A DNA stretch of 63,156 bases, counting the filler, from Sphacelaria rigidula (taxonomy: Eukaryota), in assembly GCA_964200075.2 (NCBI GenBank). It is 5 parts of 5 records of this genome, joined end to end, with 100 filler letters (N's around TTAATTAATTAA, not from the genome) between each part and the next. Parts side by side here need not be neighbours in the genome. Positions count along the whole stretch, not along the records: positions 25,306 to 37,857 come from CAXNAA020003642.1; positions 37,958 to 50,508 come from CAXNAA020003643.1; 3 more parts are not named here. The stretch is one strand, 5' to 3'. The translations under genes and the position numbers were made by a program. Under the pieces are notes generated by a model, which saw nothing but the letters and a program-made list of their open reading frames with translations, had not been told where the DNA came from and did not search any database. This document shows, piece after piece, positions 25,306 to 38,101 of this stretch (its first letter is position 1; the number at the start of each line of letters is the position of its first letter).

Positions 25306-25455
25306 CCGAGGTTTCGAGATTGGCCGCTGAACAAAAATTCGTGCGCAAAAATCTGTGCTTGCCGACCCCCCCCAGTTTGCCTAATAATCTGTGGGAATCG
25401 TCGTAGATTCTTTTGCACACTGATTATTGTTCAGCGGCCGCTCTCGAAACCTTGG
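25306..25455. repeat. Inverted repeat (~50-bp arms), probably part of a MITE cut by the contig start
   Basis: CCGAGGTTTCGAGATTGGCCGCTGAACAA pairs with TTGTTCAGCGGCCGCTCTCGAAACCTTGG. Confidence 0.65.
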
Positions 25456-26583
25456 AGCCAAGAGAATCTGAAAAGTGGGCTAGGCTCCTCTCTGTGGAGT
25501 GACGTGAAGTGTTCGAGACGTGTGTTGGCGGTTTTCCCTGTTTAGGGGTCCAAAGGTGGGTCAAACGTCCCAAAAGTGAACAATCCGTGGGACAAAAATC
25601 TCTGCGCCATTACATCCGGCCTGAGTGCCGTTTGCACCTTTTCACTCTGAAAATCGTTGCGCCTCTTCATAGTTCATAGCGGAACGAAGAAGAACGCCCA
25701 CCTCCACCACCATGATCACAGCCAGTTCAAAATCAGTATATCCTAACAATCAAAGTGGGACATGCACCACAACTGTTATGCTCATCACAATGCGTCATTC
25801 ACGAAGTGGAAACGCTTTGCATCGCAATCAGAAGACCTCCCTGACGCTTCCACGGTATCAGCATTCGCTTGGTTGCGCTGAGTAAAAATTCAAATGCTCG
25901 GCGGATACACGCCGTTGCCTTGGGTGCAGTTCCTCATTTTTGCCAGCTTCAGCTATAAGAAGACGGTAGGAACGATCCGTAGTCTACAACGCACAAGCAG
26001 TGCTACACCTGGCGACATCGCCATTTCGGTGGAGGTCATCACTTTTTGCACCACCGTTATGGGTGGCATGTTGGGAAATCATCACGATGCGGCCTTGTCT
26101 GTTGTTTGAGGGTGCTGCGTACTGTTGTTCAGTAGTACTGTACAACTGACTGTACGGTATCGCTGTTGTTCACCGTACCGTGATGTACTGTTGTAGGGTT
26201 CTGCATTGAGCTCTCTGCTACTGCACTGGCAGTACTCTACCCTGCACAGCACTACAGCACTACCGTGCTCCGTGGTGCTCCGTGGTGGATTGAAGTACTG
26301 TAGGTGCAATGAAGCGTAGTGTACGGTACGTACGGTGCCGCACGATATTGTACAGTCAATGCTGTGTTGACCTGTGCATTCTCGCACTGCACGCTGGTCG
26401 ATCGCACATTTGGCGGCACAGCCTGCGGCCAATCACTGCGAAAAAAAGAAGTCCACATCAAGCTACGTCACAGCGGAACTTTTTAGCGTCCACTCTGAAG
26501 TTTCAACGCTTCTACTCTGCACTGACTCTATGATGAGAAATATATCTTCCGAAACTCTCTACAATATTATCACTTTTTTTCCC

Positions 26584-27154
26584 CAAGGTTCTGTTCTGTA
26601 GGGTACGGGTATGTAGGGTATGAGATTCCTTACAGAACTGACAGAAATATCGAGTACCGATATGAAAGTCCTACTGATGTTACAGAGCTTGTCGAGTAGG
26701 GCTTGTACGAGGTTTGCAGAACTCACAAAATCTTCCGGTAGGTAATGGGAGGCGTACAGAAAATCGTACCGGCAAGCAGGCATTTCTTCAAGGGTACACC
26801 CGCGCCCCGCGGGAGGGTAAACGTTATGTACAGAACTCGCAGAACTGTCCGGGAAGGGTACAGGAAGCCTACAAAACTTACAGAAACTATCGGGTAGGGT
26901 GTGGAGATTTCACAGCAACAGCGTACCCACAACCGAGTATCTTATCAAGAGCACACCCGTGCCCCTGGTGACGGTACGGGGGACTTGCAGAACCCAGAAC
27001 TATCGGGTAAGGGTATGAAACTCTCACGAAGGTTACAGAACTGTCGGGTACCGGTGTGAAAGTCTCACAAGAGTCAAAGAGCTGTCGGGTACGAAAAATA
27101 CCCGGGAAAATACCCCGGGTACACAGAAACCCTACCGTACAGACCACAACCTTG
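26584..27154 (+). mobile_element. hAT-like non-autonomous element with degenerate internal ~37-bp repeats (ACAGAACT...CGGGTA...TGAAA)
   Basis: TIR CAAGGTTCTGTTCTGTAGGGTACGGGT / ACCCTACCGTACAGACCACAACCTTG. Same family as 56615-58930. No TSD seen. Confidence 0.65.
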
Positions 27155-30145
27155 ACTTGCTTTTTTCAATCGCCCAAAGGTTTTAAGAAAATCCTGATTA
27201 TCTGACAGCGTTGGGCGATTGAAAAAGGTTATTGAAGAAGTCCTTGTATTTTTCAGCCGTATTTCTTCATTTTCATTAGGAAAAAATACGATGGTAGAAT
27301 ACGAACCGTATGGAACGGTCGTAAGTTGCGAACGTTGACATGTCTCTTCGCAATTGAGTTCAATTCCCACCCGTTTTTTTGCGTTCGGTACATGAGTATT
27401 TACCGGATGGCCTGGCGGTTTCGACGAAGTCCACGTACGCAGGGCACTTTGGCAATTAGCGCGGCGAAAAATCGCAACGCACAATTAGACATGCTAATCG
27501 GGGCAAAAAAAGTGAGAGGGCTGTTCGAGGAAATCACAGTGACCACAGACAAAATTTCCCTTTTCCTTTCCATGTCCTGGGATGCTCCGCCCAAATACAC
27601 TCGCTTTTACAATCCAATCTCTTGACGGGTTGATGGCGCTCGCAGGCAACACCCTCCCTGTTCACACCCTACACCATGTTGCTGACCCTCCACACGCAGC
27701 CCATGGCGTGTGCCTTGTCCTCCAGCTTTGAAGGCGCACACCCCAACCCTGAAAAAAACTTATAGTTTGAATATAATTTCCAGCTTACTGATCTGACCGC
27801 GGGACGTGTCCTGAAATGAAGGCTGCAGTGCAATGCATTGGGGTTGTGCGCACCCAACGCAACAAATCGGCACTCGAATCGCACACGTAACCGTGGAGAA
27901 CCGCCTGGATGAAACTTATCCATCGATGGAGTATGTCCTGAGTAACGCACCGTCCCAATAAATTCAAGTGAAAAATGATCACAGCCAGAAGGGGCTCGTA
28001 GGGGAACGTTGGGGGGGCAGATCTGAATCGATCGTGGAGTAACTTTACTTTGGTCCGTACGCATGTGCAAATGTGATATACCCTCAGACATTTTCTGTTG
28101 AGGAAAGCCCCGCCGCTTGTGTACACAGCCGCGCAAGGAACCCAAGGTAAAAAGCATCGCGTGTACTGGAGCAGACAACACTATGGTGACCGAATTGTGC
28201 TCTCCTCTTCGTCTGTGGTGTTAATTGTATTGGTACCGCCATGTTCGCCGTACCGCGTCTACAGCCTCCGTCCGCTGCGACTTGAGCTTGTACATTGGGA
28301 ATACACGGACCAATGTCTCTCACCCTCCACTCAACCCAGGGTCGGGCATATGTCGTATCGGCATACTTTTCACTCGAAAAATGAGTGCGAAACCCAGATG
28401 ACCCAAACAGGTGGTCGGAGAGTTCAACTTTAGAGCCAGTTATTTGTGGGAAGAGGCAACCGGCTCCAGAAAGTTTGACTTGAAAAATGGACACAATACA
28501 TCATCCTGGCGATCAAGCGTCACTTTTATAGCGGGCGGGAAGAGTGACGATCTCCAAAGGAGTAATCCGATACTCGACGATACCCACAGAAGAAGGGAAG
28601 AATGCGGCGGGGGGCACAGAGAGATAGCATTGCCCTGTACTGCGCTGCACTGTACTGTGCGGTGCATTTCGGCTCTGTCTGTTTACACAGACAGCAGCCA
28701 CCTCATGATGGGTCAGTTGTGTTTTTCATGGGCGAACCATTTACTTCAAAAATGAATGCCCACCGCAGCATAAGGACTTTTTTTACAACTGGAGGCAGGA
28801 AGGGATGCCGGTGTGGGACAGTTTCATGTAGTCTGATCCTTGGTGATACCCATAGACGAACGGTACGAACGCAACGGGTGGAAGAGAGAAGACAACACTG
28901 TACCGTAATGTAAAGCATTGCACTGCTGTACTTTACTGTGCGTTTTCGATCGGCTGTCTCGACCTGAACAGACGCCCCCCCCCCCAGGGCGGGGCATGTC
29001 ATATGTGTTGCATTGTCACAGTTTTGATGTGAAAATGAATGATGAACAGACCGTACCGGCGATGTAATGCCGCAGGGACGTGTGCGTGTCATGGGTGCAG
29101 ATGGCCTTCTGCGCTTCTTTTCTCAACCGACCGGGCGGCCCATTCGCTTCTTCGCCGATCGACTGGGCGGATCATTCCCATCTCATTGGCTTGTGCGATT
29201 TTCCGTCAGGAAGATCCATGACAACCAAAAAGTTTTTTCAACAGAAGAAAACGGAGCTGTTTACGCACTACTGTCGCGATACTAAACATGGCTGGGTAAA
29301 GACACGCCGCCAGCGCCTGAATACAACTCTCGACCGGCTGGGGCAGAGGAGCAATCCACAGCACAGCGCGGGTATACTTCACCGCCCGGGTACTGACTGC
29401 ACCCGGCAGCATGGCCACCGCTGCTACTGGCAGGCGTCAGAGCTCGCAGTCACGGAGAGACGCAACCAGCCATACTAAGATGGGCATATCCCGATACACA
29501 AGCATCCCATTGACCCCCTGCGGCGGCAATGTACCACTCGCTGTCTGTTTGCCTGCTTGCTGCTTCGTTTATTTCCTGCTGCTCTATCCGTGCCGGAGCG
29601 ACTGTATATTCATGTACGACAGTACGTACGCTCCAGGTGTGCCTTGAGTATGCGGGCCACTCACAAGCGTTTTTTACGACATTATTCACTACAAAGGTCG
29701 CATTTCATCGGCGCTACTTGATCTCATAATGCGACAGGGTGAAAGTCTCACGTGTCCGTTGCCACGGATGGACCGCGGGTATTCCAGCATTACCGAGGCG
29801 TGGTTCGCGTGGTGAAGCCGATGCTGCATGGCCGGCCCGAAGCACACAGTACCGGTTTTGTCGTGAGTTTGAGTGGCGAGATACAGTCTATATATCAAGT
29901 GCTTGCGATCTACGCAGTGGCATACGCGGTCTTTGCCATCCGGATGCCTCAGCCACGTAATTTTCCAGTAGCGCCAGCTCTCTGTACAGATGTAAGCACC
30001 TCTCTTCCAAGAGCGTAGTACTCTGAACTCAGCACAATTTATACCGTTGAACAAAATCATTCGAGGTGGAATACGTTTCTATTTGCGCGAGAGCGAGTGC
30101 TCCTAACCCTGAACCGCCACGTATAGCGGAGCAACCGACATATAA

Positions 30146-30667
30146 GTAGTCAGCGTCTGAACTAATCATTTGAGATTTTTTCGTATTTGGCGATGTTCTT
30201 GGGCTCTGTTCGCTAGCCACCGCTTTTGACATTGTGGATCTGAAAATATTTGTATCCGCTCCACATTCCAAGAAAAAAAATCATCACTACACGATACTGA
30301 GTGACTTGCGGGCTGACCGGTCATCGTGGTCCTGCCAATTTTTAGCCCAGGTTTAGACTCTCCGGTATTTTCGATCGATCGAGCCTATTCCGATCGTAAC
30401 TGTGAAGAAACTGAAATGATCGTTTTGTTTTTTTCAAAATTCTACCCACTCACTGCACTACTAGAGTCGGAAAACTGTATTTCACGGTCAATAACACTCT
30501 CCTGATGAACGGGGTATGTACTCGTATTACTAAGTAGTACTAACTTGGGCACTGTCTTCTGCGGACTCTGTTTATTATACCATCTACCGACTTTAGCACT
30601 TTCGAGTTCTATCGAAGTGTAGTACGCGAGAAGTTCCTAAATCAACCCGAAATAGTTCTGATACTGA
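30146..30667 (-). mobile_element. Second copy of the Tc1/pogo-like element at 18650-19216
   Basis: Its reverse complement shares blocks such as CTTGGAATGTGGAGCGGATACAAATAT, GATGACCGGTCAGCCCG and GTGTTATTGACCGTGAAA with the first copy. Confidence 0.7.
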
Positions 30668-33600
30668 CTACCATATAATGCACGTCTTGCCTTGGCTTGC
30701 TCGTACACACCAAGCCACAGGGGTAACGATAAAGTCAGGTGATGAGGGAACGTACCATTGCAATGAAGATGCCGCTGGTTGATTATTAAAGGTTGAGGAA
30801 ACAACCCCAAGTAGTGATGCCGCTGTGAATCGATCATCGCTGGTATCACAGCGAACGGTGCTGACATTTTCGTCCCATGCAGGTTGAGGTCGCGAAATGG
30901 GTAGCATCGTCGCCGTTGTTGCACAACACTTGTTCATGATCAAGTACAGAAGCCGTACGAATGATTCGAGTGATCTTGCCTCGAAATTGTCTGAAATACT
31001 CATCTCAGGCGAGAACTGAGCGGTTTCTGGCCAGGCAACGCAGCGACCAATTGCGAAGAGCAAGCTACGCCAACGACGCTGCAGGAGACTCGGCGCGCTC
31101 CACAGCAGGTGACCTTCCCCAACACAAAAAAAGAGTCCTCGCAGGATAAACAACCGAGCTGCGTTTCGCGAGGAGCTAGCACTAAGTTTGTGGCCAAGTT
31201 CGTCGTATCTTCCGCCCTTGAAGCATAGCACGTGCTGGATACTGTGGAAACATATTTGGTGTTTTCGATTGTTCAGGCGCTGTTCATGCGTAGGGGGGCC
31301 TGGTCACACTGTATTGTGTTTGCTTCGTTCTTGATTAACACCTCCAAACTAGATTACTTCGCGTCGCGCCAACACATGAACCGTTCGACAGTCCATATCT
31401 TGGCTCTTTGGCAGTGGTGTTTCACATGTGCGACGGTTAGTTGGTGGGTTGTACCTCCTCTGAATGACTTGCTCCATTCTCCGACAGGATAGCTGCCCCC
31501 CTGTGTTACGGCGTATCTTGTTCGTTTGTTCCAATACGATGTCTCGCGGAGACAGGCGCCCCTTCTGATCCCGATGCGTCAGCACGAGCGCAGAGAGCGG
31601 CAGCAGCGGCAGCGTACGCCGCAGCAGCCGTTCGAAAACCACACTTCTCCCATGCAAATCACGCGAGCAGGGCAAACATTGAGAGGGAGGCCATGCGGAA
31701 ACGACTCCACCAGCACGTTCAACGAGAGCTGGCAAGGCATAGCGCTGTTGCATCGGCTGCTGCGCTGGACATCAATGGAGATGCGATATAGATAACGTGG
31801 TCGTGAGCACAGGAATGAAAGAAAGCACGTGTATCTTCGAAGAGCTCATTCATCAACAAATGGAGTTCGGGAGATGAAACGCTCGAGCTCGACGTACTCG
31901 TGGACCTTTACCGGGGGGCATAGCAGCAGTACCCGGCAGTAGTACGCGGAAGTCAGTTGACAAGACAGCGGCAAGTGGGTGCACGTACTAAAAACGCAAT
32001 GGGAGGCGTCGCAGCCAATGCGTTGAATTTCAACGAATAAACGTGAATTCAGTGAATGTTTCAATGTTTTCGAATTGAGGGATTGAAGATGAGAAATATC
32101 TGCAAACGCCTTTATTTGATGTTCGTGGTGACTGGTGAAAGAACACCCGCGAATTATTCCGACAAATGTGAACAGCCTGGTCAGTGACGAACGACACATC
32201 GCATCGTCGGTCCTCGATAGCTGAAATACTTTGCGATGATTGTCCAGCATATATGTGTAACAGCCCATATTTCAGACGGGTAACGGTGATGAAAAAAAAA
32301 GCATCTTCCAAACAAGCCTCCTGTGCGGCAAGCACAGCCACCGACGTGTCAATCGTGAGGTGCCGAGACTTCCGGAATGTAAGAAAAATTCGAACCCAAG
32401 ATGCGTGTGTTCCTCTTGTAGGCAATCAGAGTGAATCATGCAACTCTCCGCCGAAAAGTTGAAAGCCACAGTTGGCAGCTGTTCCCTCGAAGAAAAGAAA
32501 CCAGGGAATGACCAACAGCACCGAGTGTTTCCCCCCCACAAGCGCTGCCTCTCAACGCCAAGTCCAACATGCAGAATTCGCTTGACGTGCGCTTCCTATA
32601 AATATTTCGGCCTACCCAAGGGTTCTGAAGGACGCGACAGTAGTAATTACAACAGTGTTGAGGTATCAGCGGAATCTCAACGGTCCATCCAGCATTCAGG
32701 CACGGAGAGGAAGCTGATGCGAGAAGACAAAAGCCTTCGCGCACGTTGGCGAGGGCTCCACAAATGTTTTTTGGACGGCATCGTCGGAACGAAGTAGCGC
32801 AACAGCCTACCCGGTGGTACAGGACAAGCAGCGCATTTCTACAACCTACATCACACCTCTCATGCTCTGTGCCCTTGACAAAAAACCATTTGAGAACTAG
32901 ACCACCTGGGGAGTGCTGGTTTCTGTTTTTGTGAATCGGCAAAACCATGCCGATTCACAAAGATTCACAAAACAAAAGTCAGCGCTTGAGTTCCCAAGGG
33001 GTTGAATTTCATGGCGATACTCGTGCCATGATTCCACCGCACAACATCAAATGGCAACGGAAATGATCACAACCTGCATAGCGTACGCGTACTGGCATGT
33101 CATTGAAACGCCCACAACACACAGCCTACCCGTCCAACTCATGCAAGGTTTTTCCAGGAACTTCTCCCTTGGCCGGGTTACTGTTATTGAAGCCGCAAGT
33201 GGTGGCTGATTCGCTGACCGAGGGACGATCCGGTCAGCCCGAGAGCCCTAAAAGAAGACAGCGCCTTAGCGTTTCCTGCCGGCAACCACGCTCTCTGTCC
33301 TAGCATTGTAGAAATTAGGGGAGAAACTGCGGTAGCGCAGGGGAGTAGGCAAGGGGTGGGGGAGGCGGGGAAGGCGTTGGCGTATGGTCGAAGTGTGTCC
33401 GAGAAGACCGACCTCACACCTGCGATTATCGAGGTTGAATGGTGTCACAGTTAGGACAAATCATCACGACTCAAAATCACCGAATTCACGATTTCTTCGG
33501 CCTGATTGCCCAAAAGAAAGAAAAAAGTTGATCACNNNNNNNNNNAGTCTAGGGATCGATTCGTCACGAGTCGACTCATGATACTGAAACCAAGTAATTT

Positions 33601-34289
33601 CCAGACGAATCATTATTTGTCCGATCCGTGAATGCTATACATAGTTTGACCCAGACTAGAAGGATGAAAGTGTATCTGGCGTATAGTTGTCAAATTTGAA
33701 CAAAACCTCCTCCGTTCAAAGCGACCCAAACTTCAAGAATCGAGAGACATGTATACCCGGCACACATTTCGAGGAGAAAATATTTATTATAACACCAATT
33801 TTGAAGAAGATTCGGGCTCACCGGCCTTCGGGGGTCCCGCGAGTTTTCAGCCCCCGGTCTTCCCTCTTCACTGTTTTCGCTCCACCGAATCGATTCGGAT
33901 CGTTGTAATGAACCATTCTACGTTCACTTCTTCTATTTTCTCGATATTCATTGTGCTCAAGCCGAAAAAACGCATTTTTCGGTCACATGCAGTCAAAAAC
34001 ACCCCCTCAGTATACGGGGTCTCACTCCACATCGTTTCGACGACACAAAATTGGCGAATATGTCCCGAGCACGACCTGCTTCATTTTCCAACGCCCATCG
34101 ACTCTCATACTCTCGAGTGAAGGTAAAAAAAACGTTTGTGAAAATATTCAGACTGAGTAAAAACCGTAGTTGAAGTTTGAGTGAAGACAGCAACGGCTGT
34201 GCAGCAGTCACGTGGCTTCTTCAACTTTGTATAGATAGACAGCACTGTATATCTACCATAATTCTGTAGGTAACACCTTTCTTAACGCT

Positions 34290-36130
34290 GTCGTGACTAA
34301 TCGATCGTGTGAACGACTCGTGCAAGGGTGCCCGAAAACAGTGCCATTCCTTTTCGTTGATATGGACGATATATTTTCGGAGGTTAGTCGTCGAGACCGG
34401 GCGCACCTCGTGTTTGATGAAGCCCAAACTTGGGTGGTGTGTTCGCTGGTACCAAAGCAACGTGTCATAGTCACGGGTTCAGTAGCGCGACCAGCTGAGG
34501 GCGCGTCGTACATTGAAACGGTGAATACCACCGACGCGGCGATTTTCCTTTTAGTCAACACTGCATGTCCGATGAAAGTATATGGGGTACGGTATCAAGC
34601 ACAGAATCCTCGCAGCCTCCTCATGGTTCTTCGTCCGGTTAGGGATGAAGGCTAAATGAAACACAGCTGAAACGGTTAGTTTAGGCTCCGTTGTATCTCT
34701 CAGGCTTCGGGGCTGACCGTTCCCGTTCCAAGCTCGCTTGACCGGAATAGATTAAGCTCCTGCCGCGCGCACAATGCGACTTGGCAAGGACCCTTGCCGG
34801 CAACCTGGCAAGGGGGCAACGTCCCCCTGCAGACATTACAACGACTTCCGTTCAAGAAAGGCTGATAGCCTGGTAGCCCCGGGGGCGGATAGTCAGGTAT
34901 TCTTCTCAAAACGCCAACATAGAGTACGGTGGCTACAGGTCTGTACGTTAATATTTCGGTGATCGAACCACTGCTACTTCGCCGAGGTCTTGCGGAGTAT
35001 TTGACGATGTCAGCACGCTACATTATATGTGCAAAAGTACAAGTCTGCGTGTATACCAGAGAGTCAGTTGTTTCCCATGTACAGGCAGTAGTCATTCCCT
35101 TGTGTGGCTTCGCCGATTGTATGTTCAAACGAGGGAGGGGGCCTTGCAGTTCTGCGTGCGCCACCTAGGGCGAACGCACACGTGGCGGGGGTCCCAGGCT
35201 CATCTGCGTGCAATTCACCGGGGAGTCGTGACGCTAAAAAGGTGACGTGACAAATGTCGCCGACCCAGCCCAAGGCGTCAGTGCTGTGGATGGTGCGCAG
35301 TCTTCACACACAAATGGCAAATAGTACTGCATAATAGTGTGCACAGACAGGGCGGGGGTCGCATGTACGAAAACACGGTACCAACTTCGTCCTGTACTAT
35401 TGTTCAGAGACACGGTTTCACTTGCAGCCGCTTGCGACATGCACTGTGACGTTCCTCCTGGTGGTGTGCTCTCGCCACCTCACTTGCACGCTTGTTGAAC
35501 CAGCTGTCCGTGCTGCTTGTGATCCACAGCAGCGCAGGTCAATTGACACTGCGGAACATGACTGTTGTGACTGTAACGTAAATTTTCAACAAGTAATTCC
35601 TCGGGAAACACATTATCGAAAAAAAAACGCTGAAAAACGAAGTACAACACCGTTTTCGTGGGATTGAGAGTAGAGCGCTGGTTGAGATTGACTTTGATCA
35701 CTCGCTTTAACTTAGCCAATTCTTCATGGTGCGTGTGCTTTTCTTTGCCTGTGACACTGGCGTATGCTTACAGCTACACGTCGATATCCTAATCAGGGGT
35801 ATCAAGGGCCTCAGTGGTAAGCTACTACAGAAATAATATTGGGCCTCGTGGAGGGGCATTTCGGAACTGAAATGATGCTTTCACTAATTGACCGCTTTTC
35901 ACTCCCAATCGTATCCTGCGTTCAATCTCACGAAAGCGCTGTTGTACATGAACAGGCACGAACAGCATATTTACGGTAGAGGTGTTGCAAATTTTGGACG
36001 CGGATGAAAAACTCAAGGGTGTACAGATGCCCGAATGCCCCGACGCCGTCTTCTGCGAATGCCCTATGCACATGTACTTCCCTCACCTTGCGAAGTTTGC
36101 TGCCTGTTAGCTACGCCGGCTATCGGTGCC
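34290..36130 (+). pseudogene. Decayed MuDR/MULE transposase
   Basis: Ordered motifs across frameshifts: DDIFSEV..TACPMKVYG (DNA-binding-domain-like); GILL..VATGLYVN..IEPLLL...AE; VVSHVQAV; LQFCVRHLG (CxxH); STSNSS..H..LK; FCECPMHMY..PC (SWIM-like). Confidence 0.55.
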
Positions 36131-36744
36131 CACGCAGGTGCTGCATCAAGCACAAATTTACGCAACGTGGGAAGGGCAAAGTGTGCGTTCAGATACAAGC
36201 AACAACGACACGCAAGCAGGGAATCGGATCAGGAGAACGCAGCACTCCCGCGTGCGTCAGGAACCCATACGATCCTCAGGGAGCGATCCCTCCGGATTGT
36301 AAGCAAACACGAACGAAAGGGTGGAGCCGGGTGGGGGAAACGTTTCACTCCCAGTTATCACTGCTGCGTTGTGTTGACGGAAACCTTCTCAGACTTTTTG
36401 CACATCGACATTACACACGAGGACAATGAACGAACAGGGGTGAATGCCCCCAAAACGTTCGCCACAAAGGAGCACACCACACGAGAGGGCTTGAGACGTC
36501 AGTTCCAAAGACTGCATGTCGGGTATTTAGCCTCACGTACCCCCTGAACCCTGGGTTCTCGAGCGTTTTCCTCCCAACAAGCTCGCAGCGTGCCGACAGC
36601 ACTGACGATCAAGAAGGCAGGCTTCTGAGTTATGTGGGGGCATACTAGGTTTTGCCGCATGGCGCAGGGAGTGTACATCCTCACTTTACTAAAAGTATTT
36701 GTGCGGAATACCCCTTTTGCTTTGTCTCCCCCCCCCCCTTCAGG

Positions 36745-37065
36745 TGCGGGTGGTTGAGAGAGGGGATAGGGATGAAAGCATGTTTGCATGGCCCAATGGA
36801 CGCTGCGAAAAATATGACGATTTCGGGTGGGGGACCTAGACCTGCCAGAAGGAAGAAAGAGATATACCAGTAGTCGAGAGGAGGAGGGAGTAGATACAGA
36901 ACTACTCCTGTGGCAAAGCAATAGAGAGCAGAAGTCATATAGTGGCAGAATGTGAACTATACAAGGAGGAACGAGACGTGCAACAGGGGGAAATGCGGGA
37001 CGTGAACGAAGGTGGCATGAAATCGTTTGATGCACTAGACCGTAGGGAGAAAACGATGGCTATAC
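36745..37065 (+). mobile_element. 3' fragment of a LINE ORF2 (C-terminal zinc-knuckle region)
   Basis: Frameshifted translation LREGIGMKACLHGPMDAAK / RFRVGDLDLPERRKRYTSSREE / HIVAECELYKEERDV / EMRDVNEGGMKSFDALDRREKTMAI. A short homologous piece lies at ~9045-9100. Confidence 0.6.
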
Positions 37066-37084
37066 AGGCTGGGCCGCCTCAGAC

Positions 37085-37780
37085 GTGGACAGGGATGTGA
37101 ATACGCGGTTTAACAGCTGAGTTTCAGGTTGTTTTCTATGAAATTTTGACGATGTACAGGATGTATGTGCCAAGACGCCACTTTCCCCCCCCCCATATAT
37201 GTATAATATATATATATATATATATTTGAAGTTGTTCACGGTTTTGGTCCGAAAGAAATGTTCTGAAATGTTTGGTCGCCGATAACTCAGGGGAAAAAAA
37301 AACAAAATGTAGTGACAAGGTGGCGTCTTCGCACATACATCATGTACATCGTGTCAAAATTTCATTGAAAACGGCCCGAAACTCAGCTGTTAAATCGCGT
37401 GTTCGTGTCCAAGACTGGTTCCTATGTGGAGATGAACCAGCCACGAAAAAATGGAACGCGGTTATGCTGTTATGAATTTCAAGTATTTTTTTCACGAATT
37501 TTCGACACGATGCGCATGAGGTATGTTTTGAACGCCCTTTTCCCCCCCCTTATCATATATATATATATATATTTAATCAGTTATCGATGCTTTTGCACCA
37601 GAAAAAAACTGTTCCAAAATTTAGATCACCAATAACATACGAGGAAAAAAAAAGAAAGAGGGGGCAAACTGTAGGGGCTTCACACATACCCCATGTATCC
37701 CGTGTCAAAATTTCATGGAAAACGACTTCAAATTGAGCAGTGAAATCGCGTTTTTCTACCGAGAACCGGTTCACTTGCTT
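37085..37780. repeat. Foldback-like repeat with inverted and direct ~90-bp modules separated by (TA)n tracts
   Basis: 37095-37182 is the reverse complement of 37320-37410; a further module lies at 37680-37755. Confidence 0.55.
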
Positions 37781-37857
37781 CTAGAGTACAATAACCTAAG
37801 CCAAAACTTTGACGTTTTCTACAAGCGCGACGCCTTGGCGCGCTGGAGGTCTCGTCT

Positions 37858-37957
37858 NNNNNNNNNNNNNNNNNNNNNNNNNNNNNNNNNNNNNNNNNNN
37901 NTTAATTAATTAANNNNNNNNNNNNNNNNNNNNNNNNNNNNNNNNNNNNNNNNNNNN
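37858..37957. other. Artificial contig linker
   Basis: N44-TTAATTAATTAA-N44. Confidence 0.97.
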
Positions 37958-38101
37958 AGACAACCAACTAGACTACTGACCAGTCACCGCTAACTGGTCA
38001 GTAGTCTAGTTGGTTGTCTCTTGAACCTCTGAAGCGTTTGAAGAAGAAAAGCGGAGAGAAAACAGTCAGCGCTGACTGTCAGTAGTCTAGTTGGTTGTCT
38101 C

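Noticed and set aside
18650-30667. One 12-kb transposon with ~500-bp TIRs
   Set aside because: The two inverted copies are on different contigs and each has its own termini.
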